This document shows positions 18,518 to 27,651 of a stretch of DNA of 64,000 nt, in pieces. Position 1 is the first letter of the stretch. Each line of letters opens with the position of its first letter. Both the position numbers and the translations under genes were made by a program. Origin of the DNA: Gammaproteobacteria bacterium (lineage in GTDB: Bacteria > Pseudomonadota > Gammaproteobacteria > JABABF01); assembly GCA_965237805.1 (NCBI GenBank), contig OZ250153.1:864001-928000 (forward strand). The letters run 5' to 3'. The notes under the pieces were generated by a model. It ran no database searches. It had not been told where the DNA came from and worked only from the letters and a program-made list of their open reading frames with translations.

Positions 18518-19104
18518 GCACCCCGATGACCGCGCACAAAGCACCAGACCTGACGATACCAGCGGGCGACCTGCTGACCGATTGCGAGCGCTCCATGCGC
18601 TATCACTCCAGCTGGAATCTGTTTTACTACCGCCTCCACTGTTGCCTTATGCTGCTGTTCTTCATGAGCGGCAGCGCCGTCTTTGCTGAATTTGATGCGG
18701 GGGGAAATGTCTGGTGGGGGCTATCGATTTACAAGTGGGTCGGCGCGGCCACCGCATTGATCGCCGCCCTCTCGGTAATCATCGACTTGCCGGGAAAGCG
18801 CGCCCTGCACAAATCCCTGTATCAGCGCTACGCCATGCTGGCGAGTGATGTCGTCGCCTGCGATGCCACCGAGCGGAAGCAGTGCGAACGCAAATGGAGT
18901 GCAGCGATCTACAACATCTACCGTGAGGAGCCACCGGGCTTCCGCGCCGCCAATGAGCATGCACACAATCAGATGTGCATCCAACTGGGCAACAAGTCCG
19001 AGCTGATCAAAATGAGATGGTGGCACTATTGCTTCATGCACTGGCTGCCCTTCAACAACAGCGAATTCCCCTACCGCAACCCCGAGCTGCGCCCAAGCAG
19101 CTGA
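18514..19104 (+). CDS. Two-TM membrane protein, SLATT-like
   Basis: S-RYH helix, two hydrophobic helices, then KRALHKSLYQRY amphipathic helix, as in SLATT effectors. Confidence 0.6.
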   Translation: MSTPMTAHKAPDLTIPAGDLLTDCERSMRYHSSWNLFYYRLHCCLMLLFFMSGSAVFAEFDAGGNVWWGLSIYKWVGAATALIAALSVIIDLPGKRALHKSLYQRYAMLASDVVACDATERKQCERKWSAAIYNIYREEPPGFRAANEHAHNQMCIQLGNKSELIKMRWWHYCFMHWLPFNNSEFPYRNPELRPSS

Positions 19105-19242
19105 GCTGGCAATGCTGCCGCACCCCCACGGCACTCCATCCCCTCAGTACCGCGGGTGAACGATCTCCACGCTACAGCAGTCGATTGCATCCGAGCTCTA
19201 GCGGGGGCACCCACTCTCACTCGCAATCCCCTGATCAGCAGC

Positions 19243-20886
19243 TCAGTGCCGCGGGTGGATGATCTCCAAGTCGGGCAGACCGTAGGAGCGGTGTCCCATG
19301 TCGCGGGCCATCATCGACAGACCCTCGGTCTCAATGTAATGGTGGTAAGGCTGCTCAGGGAAAACCAAGCCCCGGCGGTGTAGATCGGCACGCACCAGTA
19401 GCATCGTACCGCCAACGGCATCCAGCTCAGCGCAGCGCTCGTCGCGCAGCTCGCCCAGATAGCTGCGACCAAAACCCGATGGTGGCTGGATCAACCCGTC
19501 GACGATGTAGGGGGCAAAATCCGACTCGCCGAAACCTGGCTGGATGCGGAAAGTATTCTTGTCGAAAGTCTCACCGTCGGGGAAGATGCAGTGCGGCACG
19601 ATGATATCGCGCTCCTCAGCCAGCAGGCAGCGCAGCGCATTTGGCGGCCACCACTGCACATCGACATCGAACCACAGCACCCAGTCCTCATCACCCAGCG
19701 CCTGCTGGACGAGGCGGTTGCGGCTACAGGCCATGATGGAGCGGCGCCTCAGCTGCTCGGCGATGTCGCTGCGGGAGCGGTGAGTGCGATAGCCAAAGTG
19801 CTCTTGGAACAGCTGGAGCGAGTGGTACTCGGCCTCCAGCTCGCCACGGCGCGCCTCGAGAGCCTCCCAGCTGCCATCGTCGCTATCGCTCTCCAAAAAA
19901 GCCAATGACAGCTGGCTGTGTGGGAAGTCCAACGCGGCCAAGTTGGCAAAAAAATTGGGCAGGAAAGCGGCGGCGTTCTTGACCGGCACCGCCACCAGCA
20001 CACGCTGCGCGAGCTCCTGCTCGCCGAGCGCTCGCAGCGGCGCAAAGGGCGCACGCGGTGGCGGCGACGGAGTGGCGGAGCGACGGCGCAATAGGGCGAC
20101 GAGGCGGCGACGGACACTGCGCAACAACGGGTAGAGCTGCCGCGCCGCGCCGCTGATGGAGGCATTGGAATGCAACACCAGCCAGCGCCCACAACGGGCG
20201 ACGAGGCCGCGTCGTATCCAGCTGCCGTGCCAGTGGTGCAATGCGTAGCTGCGGGCGGTGCGCTCGGTGCGCAGCGAGTCGGCCAGCCCCGATTCGACCT
20301 CCTCCGCCGTCAGTGGGTAGAGTAACTCCGCAGGCAGCAACACGATGTCGCCGTGTGATTCATAGCGCTCGAAGGCAGCGCTGAGCATAAAGGGACCAGT
20401 GGCGTCCAGCGGGACGGCCTCTTCCCGGCGGGCGCGCAGCTCGGCGATGACAGCGCGCCAGAACGAGTGCTCCGGCACCGAGGCCATCAGCGCATTGCAC
20501 AGGATGCGCGAGAGCCCGCGCTCTCGGGCCAAGTCCCGTTCGGAATGCGCGGCAGGCTCGAGGCCGATCAGCACCGAGCCGCGGGCGAGCAGCTCATCAT
20601 CGAAGGGTCGCAGGCATTCAAAGTCCAGGTCGACATAGAGGCCGCCGAAGTGCAGTAGCAGGAAGTAACGCACCGCGTCGGCACGCATCACAGGCTCCGG
20701 ATAGGCATCGAAAATGGGCAGGAACCACGGGTAGTGCTCGGTGAGGAAGGCACGGTTGTCGGCATCTGTCCACAGCCGGTAATCCCAATCCGGATGGTGA
20801 TCGCGCCAAGTCTGCTGCCATGTGCGCAACGGTTCCGGCGGACTGTCGTCCTTCCATGTCTGGTGCAGGATGCGGGGGATAGACAT
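19243..20886 (-). CDS. Bifunctional glycosyltransferase: GT32 (Och1-like) fused to Anp1/Mnn9-like (GT62)
   Basis: IPRILHQTWK, RADAVRY..L..FGGLYVDLD, TGP; second domain FLESDSDD, WVLWFDVDV, LDAVGGTMLLV, IETEGLSMMARDMG. Confidence 0.85.
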   Translation of the reverse strand: MSIPRILHQTWKDDSPPEPLRTWQQTWRDHHPDWDYRLWTDADNRAFLTEHYPWFLPIFDAYPEPVMRADAVRYFLLLHFGGLYVDLDFECLRPFDDELLARGSVLIGLEPAAHSERDLARERGLSRILCNALMASVPEHSFWRAVIAELRARREEAVPLDATGPFMLSAAFERYESHGDIVLLPAELLYPLTAEEVESGLADSLRTERTARSYALHHWHGSWIRRGLVARCGRWLVLHSNASISGAARQLYPLLRSVRRRLVALLRRRSATPSPPPRAPFAPLRALGEQELAQRVLVAVPVKNAAAFLPNFFANLAALDFPHSQLSLAFLESDSDDGSWEALEARRGELEAEYHSLQLFQEHFGYRTHRSRSDIAEQLRRRSIMACSRNRLVQQALGDEDWVLWFDVDVQWWPPNALRCLLAEERDIIVPHCIFPDGETFDKNTFRIQPGFGESDFAPYIVDGLIQPPSGFGRSYLGELRDERCAELDAVGGTMLLVRADLHRRGLVFPEQPYHHYIETEGLSMMARDMGHRSYGLPDLEIIHPRH

Positions 20887-20993
20887 GGCACCAGTGGGCA
20901 CGTGGGATGGCACGGACATGATGCCATAATGAGGGGGTGTGAGCTGCGGCATCAGGGATGCAGTACAAAGGGGAAATCACGGGGTAATGGGAA

Positions 20994-21110
20994 ATGACTG
21001 AGCTGCGCTTGAACCCACAAGCCAAGCTCAAGGGTGCCCAATGGAGAGAAGCAGATGTCCTTGATTGGGGAACAGTGCTTAATACCCTCGCGTGGTTGAT
21101 CAGCTCGACC
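20994..21110 (+). pseudogene. Truncated KAP NTPase N-terminal fragment
   Basis: MTELRLNP...QWREADVLDWGTVLNTLAWLIS aligns with WCEADKLEREVMANELCGLID and WRQHDLLDRGVFVDVLCQLIS of the downstream KAP proteins. Confidence 0.55.
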
Positions 21111-21307
21111 AACTATTGTTCGGACGACCTCCACTACCCTCCTAGTAGGCATAGGGCGTGTCCATCAAGCACAACCCCAGCATCTCCCACCTCCCCCCAG
21201 CCCTTGTGATAATCTAGCTCTCCCGCCACCGTCCCGCAACACCTCCGGAAGACGGGCAAGGCATGGCCAAAACGCAGCAATGACAGGCTAAGGAGAGCGC
21301 AAGCACG

Positions 21308-22594
21308 ATGAACAATGAGGCACTCCATCTGTGGCCGGGGCCAGCAATGCCCGAGGACAAAATGTGGCGACAACATGATCTCCTTGACCGGGGGGTTTTT
21401 GTCGATGTCCTCTGCCAGCTCATCAGCTTGTACCAATCCGGCCCGGGTTTTGTGGTCTCCTTGAATGGTCATCGGGGCACTGGCAAGAGCTTCCTCGCCA
21501 AGATGCTCTGCGAACAGCTGACGGAGCTCGGCATCTTGTCCGTCTATGTCGATACCTGCACCACTGGCTATGCCACCGACCCTCTCGCCACAATTACCAG
21601 CAAAATCATCCGATCCGACAGCTTGGACGCCGAGAAACGACGTGCGTTCCAAGCGGCCTTTCTCCGGATCAGGCCGCAGTACACCAGCGGGCAGCCCACA
21701 CCGGCTCCGCCGCCGATCGCCATGGCCGATCAGCTGATATCCACTGCGGAGGGTGCCCCCTCCTCCGGAGAATTCCGGGAGGCTTTGGCCGCTTTGGCGA
21801 TGGGTGATGGCACCGCACAGCCCATGCCCTTGGTGATCGTGGTGGACGAACTCGATCATTGCCCAACCAGCTACACGATGGAGATGCTGAGGGTGATCCA
21901 AAATTTCTTCCGTGTCCCAAATGTGTTCCTGCTGTTGCCAATCCATAAAAAGCAACTGGAACAGAGCGTCATCGATTGCTATGGGGAGATTGATTCGGCT
22001 GGCTATCTGCAAAAATTTATCAAATACAGCATCAAGGTGCCGACGCGGGACAACCCGAAGCACGGCTTGACCGATACCGAGCAATACATCGATCACCTCA
22101 ATCGCGACGCGGGCAACCTGCTGTCCTCCAATACCTGTGACTTCCTGACCAAGCTCGCCCTCATGCATCGGTGCTCTTTGCGGCAATTGGAGTTGATCGT
22201 CGTGCGCATCTCCATCCGCCTCGCCCTCCATCAGGGAAGCGCTTCCTTAATCAACTGGCTACTGGCCTATTTGGCCTGCGCTGAAATCGTGGATCCCCAA
22301 CACTTCAACAGACTGCAAACCGGCACCGAGACAACCGACGGGGTGGACGAGTTCTTGGGGTCACCTAAAACCCAACGGCTCGTGCGCGATGAAGAGCTGT
22401 GCGAGTTGAGGAACCTCATGTGTTATCTGCTGGACACTGATGCGGATATCAAACGCCGGGAAGGCCCCGGTGTCGGTGCCGAATTGATCCGAATCGGGGA
22501 AAACTTCATCGTGAATCCCTCCGCTCGGGAACACCGCAAGCAAATCATCCCCAGCCATGCCCAAGTCATGGCGAAATTCGATATCCGCTTATAA
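21308..22594 (+). CDS. KAP family P-loop NTPase (copy 1)
   Basis: Walker A NGHRGTGKSF; Walker B LVIVVDELDHC; YLQKFI. Confidence 0.9.
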   Translation: MNNEALHLWPGPAMPEDKMWRQHDLLDRGVFVDVLCQLISLYQSGPGFVVSLNGHRGTGKSFLAKMLCEQLTELGILSVYVDTCTTGYATDPLATITSKIIRSDSLDAEKRRAFQAAFLRIRPQYTSGQPTPAPPPIAMADQLISTAEGAPSSGEFREALAALAMGDGTAQPMPLVIVVDELDHCPTSYTMEMLRVIQNFFRVPNVFLLLPIHKKQLEQSVIDCYGEIDSAGYLQKFIKYSIKVPTRDNPKHGLTDTEQYIDHLNRDAGNLLSSNTCDFLTKLALMHRCSLRQLELIVVRISIRLALHQGSASLINWLLAYLACAEIVDPQHFNRLQTGTETTDGVDEFLGSPKTQRLVRDEELCELRNLMCYLLDTDADIKRREGPGVGAELIRIGENFIVNPSAREHRKQIIPSHAQVMAKFDIRL

Positions 22595-22603
22595 ACCCGC
22601 CCT

Positions 22604-22880
22604 CAGATAGCTGCGCCCCAAACCCGATAGTGGCTGGATCAGCCCATCGGCCATGTGGAGGGCAAGCTCCGACTCACCGAAGCCCAGCTACGCGGAAGCT
22701 GTTCTTAGCAAAGATGCTGCCGTCTGGGAAGACGCAGGACGGCACGGTGATGTCGCGCTCCTCGGCCAACAGACTATGCAGTGCATTAGGTGGCCACTAC
22801 TGCACATCGTATGGTGTAGGATGGGTTGGGGACATGATCCCATAATGTGGGGAGTGTGCTGTGGCTCTTGGGCTGCGGCA
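22604..22880 (-). pseudogene. Degenerate duplicate of glycosyltransferase gene segments and its 5' region
   Basis: 22604-22809 aligns with 19456-19663; 22812-22880 resembles ~20861-20950 (GGACATGAT.CCATAATG). Confidence 0.85.
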
Positions 22881-22920
22881 CGGTAGAGTACGAACACATG
22901 CAGATTAAGGGAGCAGCGAG

Positions 22921-24276
22921 ATGACTGACGAAGGTGTGCAGATTATGCCGGGGGAGAAGGAAGAGGGGCCAACATGGTGCGAGGCCGACAAACTCGAACG
23001 GGAAGTTATGGCCAATGAACTGTGCGGGCTAATCGACAAAATCGATAGTAAAGCTGGCGCTGTCATTGCCGTGGACGGCGATTGGGGCACGGGCAAAACA
23101 TTTATCATGAAGATGTTGCAAGAAAAACTAAGTGCCAATAAGGTCGCAAATATCTATCTTGATGCCTATGAGACAGATTACATGGAGGATCCATTAATCA
23201 CTATTTCGAGCCAAATAATAGCGGCACAAAATCCAGATGCTGGGCAGGAGAATCCATTCAAATCGTCATTTTTAAAACTTATATGGGCTAGAATCATGAA
23301 AACAGGGCTGCGGGTGGCTGGCTTAGGGGTTTTAGAGGGCGTGGTCGACGATTATCAACAAGCACCTGAAGAATCCGCATTAGAGCAAGATATAAAAAAT
23401 AGTGTCGGCAGAATCGAGTTCGTCGCCGAATTCAAAAATCAGCTATCTGAAGTTGCACCAAGCATGACAAAGGTTGCAGATGACATTAAAGAAAACAAGT
23501 TGGTCATCATAGTAGACGAGCTAGATCGATGCAAGCCAAACTACACATTGAAGATGTTGGAAGTGATGAAGCATATTTTTACTGCAGAAAATATTATTTT
23601 CATTTTGTCTGTCAATAAAAAAATGTTGGAAAAAACAATAGAAAATACTTACGGAGAGGTCAATGCTCATCAATATCTTCAGAAATTTATAAGCTACAGC
23701 ATAGGGATATTGGCACCCAATAAAACGATGTCGGAGGGGCATGTCAGGGGTTTAGCTGCAGAAAGCCAACTTATTTTAAATCGGGACTCACTCGAATTGT
23801 TGACACACTTATTATCTCAAGGTGGTTGCTACTTACGAGATGTGCAGAAGATAATCGGCAACCTTGCTGTGTATAAAATGAAATATAATGAATATTTTGC
23901 ACAGCTGCAAGTATATGAAACATACATGGCATGCGCATATGTTATCAATCCAGCGCATTTCAACGCTCTGAGAACGGGCATGTCCACGATATCTCCAATA
24001 GAGAAGTTCTTGCAAATAGAAGTGGAGGGGTTATTACAAAATGCAACGATGTCGGCCCAAGGCAGTATCAGCGGTGCTATCTTAGCGCTTCGGGATCATA
24101 TGGTCTATCTAACTGTCTCAGATGAAAACATAAACAAGGAAGCAGGAGGAAATAATGCAGCCGATATCATACACGTGGGCGATAACATATTCCTAAACCA
24201 TGAGTACTCGATAAGGCGGGAGGACTGGATTCCTTTCTTTGCCGACAGGATCGCCGCATTAGCTCCCCAGCGCTAG
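22921..24276 (+). CDS. KAP family P-loop NTPase (copy 2)
   Basis: DGDWGTGKTF; VIIVDELDRCKP; YLQKFI; C-terminus alignable with copy 1. Confidence 0.92.
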   Translation: MTDEGVQIMPGEKEEGPTWCEADKLEREVMANELCGLIDKIDSKAGAVIAVDGDWGTGKTFIMKMLQEKLSANKVANIYLDAYETDYMEDPLITISSQIIAAQNPDAGQENPFKSSFLKLIWARIMKTGLRVAGLGVLEGVVDDYQQAPEESALEQDIKNSVGRIEFVAEFKNQLSEVAPSMTKVADDIKENKLVIIVDELDRCKPNYTLKMLEVMKHIFTAENIIFILSVNKKMLEKTIENTYGEVNAHQYLQKFISYSIGILAPNKTMSEGHVRGLAAESQLILNRDSLELLTHLLSQGGCYLRDVQKIIGNLAVYKMKYNEYFAQLQVYETYMACAYVINPAHFNALRTGMSTISPIEKFLQIEVEGLLQNATMSAQGSISGAILALRDHMVYLTVSDENINKEAGGNNAADIIHVGDNIFLNHEYSIRREDWIPFFADRIAALAPQR

Positions 24277-24688
24277 CTATATTAGGATCCCCAAGCTAGG
24301 CACCATCAGCTATCCACCCACTCCCTACAGAGTACTTCTGCTTGCTCTAAAACAGTGCGGGTGGCCTGCTCTTGCTTATCAGATGGATAGCCATGCCGAC
24401 GGAGGATACATTTTACTATGACGCGAATCTGTGCTCGGAAATTTTCTCCCAAGGCCTAATCGATTGTCACGCTCTGCCGCACCTTCTCGACTAATTCAAG
24501 GGCGATGGCCTGCATCAAGCCGTGCCCACGCATCGGCTTGTCGGCGTACATCGTGTGCAGTGACGGGCAATCGAATCCGGCCAGCTACATATCTCGAACA
24601 ATCTATCGGGAAGCCCCGCACAACCTCTCCCACATGCCATAATTAGCCCCAACATCTTGCCCGCCCTCCCCCAACTGAAGCAACACCC

Positions 24689-26197
24689 ATGGCCAAAGCC
24701 AGCATCAACCCTTGGGTGCGCCGCTTCGAGGATGCCGATAGCCCCCACCTGAGCGCCGAGGTCGTCATCTGTGGCTATGGTGGCGCCGGTGCATCCGCCG
24801 CGCTGGAGGCCAGGCGCGCCGAAGCCGATGTGCTGGTGCTGGAGCGGGCTGCCGGTGGCGGCGGCTCCACCGCCATGTCCAGCTGTGAGATGTACTTGGG
24901 CGGCAGCGGCGGCACCCGTCTGCAACAGGATATCGGCCTCGAAGACTCCACCGAGAACATGATCGCCTATCTGCGGGAGTGCTTCGGCCCACAGGGTGAT
25001 GAAGAGCGCATCCGCCGCTACGCCGAGGGGGCCGCCGAGCACTTCGACTGGGTGGAATCCCTCGGTGTGCCCTACAAGCGGGCCGCCTTCCTGGAGCGCA
25101 CGGTGGTGCCGCTGAGCGATGAGTCGCTGCTGTTCACCGGCAACGAGCGCGCCTACCCCTTCAACCGCATCGCCGAGCCGGTGCCGCGCGGCCATGTGCC
25201 ATCCAAGGAGGGCGACGAGGGCGGGCGCATGTTCATGCAGGCACTGATGGCCGCCGTGGTGGCCGAGGGCGCACGCGTGGAGCCCAACGCCCGCGTCCTC
25301 GCCCTGTTGCAGGACGACAGTGGTCGGGTGCGCGGGGTGGTGGCGAAGATCGACGGGGCCGAGCGCAGCATCATCGCCAGCCGTGCGGTACTCCTCACGG
25401 CTGGCGGCTTCGTCATGAACCAAGAGATGATCGAGCGCTACGCCCCCGAGGTGCTGCCTTACGGCGTGCCGTACGGCAACCAGTGGGATATGGGCGACGG
25501 CATCCAGATGGGCATGGCCGCTGGTGGCAACACCATCAATATGAACGAGTGCTTCCTCAGTTTCGCCTTCTATCCACCAGCCAAGCTGACACACGGCCTG
25601 CTCGTCAACGGCAACGGACAACGCTTCATCAACGAAGATGCCTACCTCGCCCGCCTCGGCCACTACGCCGCCCTGCAGCGGGGGCAGGAGGTCTACTTGC
25701 TGGTGCAGAACGAAGACTACGAGCCGACGATGTACATGGAGAGCACGCGCATGGCTGGCACCGGCGACACCATCGCCGAGGTCGAGGAAGAGTCGGGTCT
25801 GCCACCGGGCTCGCTGCAGGCCACGGTGAGCTACTACAACGAACATGCCGCCCGCGGTAAAGATCCACTGTTTCACAAGACTGAGGACTGGGTCAAGCCG
25901 ATCGACAAGCCGCCCTACGCGCTGATCAGCTACAGCCCGCAGGATGTCAAATATCAGCTGGGCGACCGCCCCGGCTACCTGATGTTCACCTTGGGGGGAC
26001 TGGAGGTGCAGCCCACCGGGGAGGTGCTGAGCCCGACTGGCACGGTCATCCCCAGCCTCTTCGCCGCCGGTCGCACGGCGGCGGGGCTGCCGCGCACTTC
26101 CGAGGGCTACGGCAGCGGCATGTCGGTGGGCGATGCCACCTTCTTCGGGCGGATGGCCGGGCGGGCGGCGGCGGCCAATGCCGTAGCGATGGGCTGA
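24689..26197 (+). CDS. FAD-dependent oxidoreductase (3-ketosteroid dehydrogenase/fumarate reductase-like)
   Basis: CGYGGAGA, GGGGSTAMS, RFINED, FTLGGL, LFAAGR, YGSGMS.GD..FFGR.AG. Confidence 0.88.
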   Translation: MAKASINPWVRRFEDADSPHLSAEVVICGYGGAGASAALEARRAEADVLVLERAAGGGGSTAMSSCEMYLGGSGGTRLQQDIGLEDSTENMIAYLRECFGPQGDEERIRRYAEGAAEHFDWVESLGVPYKRAAFLERTVVPLSDESLLFTGNERAYPFNRIAEPVPRGHVPSKEGDEGGRMFMQALMAAVVAEGARVEPNARVLALLQDDSGRVRGVVAKIDGAERSIIASRAVLLTAGGFVMNQEMIERYAPEVLPYGVPYGNQWDMGDGIQMGMAAGGNTINMNECFLSFAFYPPAKLTHGLLVNGNGQRFINEDAYLARLGHYAALQRGQEVYLLVQNEDYEPTMYMESTRMAGTGDTIAEVEEESGLPPGSLQATVSYYNEHAARGKDPLFHKTEDWVKPIDKPPYALISYSPQDVKYQLGDRPGYLMFTLGGLEVQPTGEVLSPTGTVIPSLFAAGRTAAGLPRTSEGYGSGMSVGDATFFGRMAGRAAAANAVAMG

Positions 26198-26206
26198 GGC
26201 GCAGCC

Positions 26207-26677
26207 ATGCCGCAATACTTCGAGGACATCACAGTCGGCGGGCCACCGCGAGAGTCGACGGAGTCATACAAGGTCAGCGCCGAGGAGATCAAGCGCTTCG
26301 CCGCCGAATTCGACCCCATGCCCTTCCACCTCGACGAGGAGGCCGCCGCTCAATCAGCGATGGGTGCGCTGTGCGCCTCGGGCATGCACACCATCGCACT
26401 GGCGCTGAAACTGGCCCACAAGATGTCGCAGAACACAGATAACGGGCGCGCCGTGTTGGCTGGCTTGGGCTGGGATGAAGTGCGCTTCATCGCGCCAGTC
26501 TTCGTCGACGACGAGCTCCGGGTGCGCGCTTGGGTCTGCGACAAACGGCCATCGCAAAGCAAGGCCGACCGCGGCATCGTCAGGACGCGGATCGAGATCT
26601 TCAAGCAAGACGGCACCGTCGTCGCCCACTACACCGCAGCCAGCCTGATACGGCGACGCCCACCGGCGCAAAGCTGA
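26207..26677 (+). CDS. MaoC-like dehydratase
   Basis: YFED, FAAEFDPMPFHLD, ASGMHT, RFIAPVFVDD. Confidence 0.92.
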   Translation: MPQYFEDITVGGPPRESTESYKVSAEEIKRFAAEFDPMPFHLDEEAAAQSAMGALCASGMHTIALALKLAHKMSQNTDNGRAVLAGLGWDEVRFIAPVFVDDELRVRAWVCDKRPSQSKADRGIVRTRIEIFKQDGTVVAHYTAASLIRRRPPAQS

Positions 26678-26714
26678 GGCAGTGCAAATGCCGCACGGCA
26701 TGTCGGCGGCGCTT

Positions 26715-27581
26715 TTAGAAGTGGCGGATCAGCTGCTCGGCGATGCGCTCCAGATGGCGCTTCTTATCGTCTAGGCTCGAGCGCTTGCCCAGCGCAAAAC
26801 TGAATGGGTAGCACACGGTGCTGGTCATGCCGTGACCAGCCATCTCCTCGAGTAGCGTCGGCGTCAACTCCGCCTGCAAACCGATCATGCTGTCGAAGGG
26901 CAGCTGGCCGCGACCGGCCTCCTCGCGCCAACCATCCAGCCGCGCCATCAGACCAGGCACCTCTGCGGGCGTGTTGCCAGCACCGATCCAACCGTCTCCG
27001 AGCCGCGCCGCACGGCGCAAGGCCGCCTCGCTGGCACCGCCGATGTAGATCGGCGGCGGTTCAGCGGGCACCGGGCTCAGCTGCACCCGCGGGAAATCAA
27101 AATGCTCGCCGTGGTGCTCGACCATGCCACCGCGCCACAGCTTGCGCAGTACTTCGATCATCTCGTCTGTGCGTTTTCCGCGACGGTGAAAATCGACGCC
27201 GTAGATCTCGAACTCCTCTTTCATCCAACCGATCCCGACACCCAAGACGAAGCGCCCCCCACTCAGGATCGCCAAGGTAGCGGTGGCCCGCGCCACCTCG
27301 TGTGGATTGCGCGCTGGCAACACATAGACGCCGGTCGTCAACCGGATGCGCCGCGTCACCGCCGCCATTGCCGCGATGCTCACCCACTGGTCGGGATACT
27401 CATCCTCCGGGCGCATCGGCGGCAAGCCGTTCTCGGAATAGGGGTAATCCGGGGCGATAGTCTCGGGGTAAACGGCGTGGTCGCCGCCCATCAGGCCGTA
27501 AAATCCCAGCTCCTCGGCGCAGCGGGCAATGCCGGGCAGCTGCTCGGTCTCGACCCACGTGACGGCCTGCCAAAATCGCAT
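26715..27581 (-). CDS. LLM-class oxidoreductase (TIGR03619-like, probably F420/flavin dependent)
   Basis: AEELGF....GDH, SGGRFVLGVGIGWMKEEF, ALRRAARLGDGW. Confidence 0.9.
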   Translation of the reverse strand: MRFWQAVTWVETEQLPGIARCAEELGFYGLMGGDHAVYPETIAPDYPYSENGLPPMRPEDEYPDQWVSIAAMAAVTRRIRLTTGVYVLPARNPHEVARATATLAILSGGRFVLGVGIGWMKEEFEIYGVDFHRRGKRTDEMIEVLRKLWRGGMVEHHGEHFDFPRVQLSPVPAEPPPIYIGGASEAALRRAARLGDGWIGAGNTPAEVPGLMARLDGWREEAGRGQLPFDSMIGLQAELTPTLLEEMAGHGMTSTVCYPFSFALGKRSSLDDKKRHLERIAEQLIRHF

Positions 27582-27651
27582 GGAGAATCTCCCTATCACC
27601 CCCACTCGCCCCTAAATTATGCATGGCGAGCTGGGGGAAACTGCTCGCAGC

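Noticed and set aside
24570-24590. TCGAATCCGGCCA as an attR copy of the tRNA-Pro 3' end
   Set aside because: Short, mismatched and no integrase present; consistent with chance
24515-26215. Long antisense ORFs (this one; also 9836-10846, 21134-22231, 53834-55132)
   Set aside because: Shadows of well-supported genes, expected in high-GC DNA; no motifs
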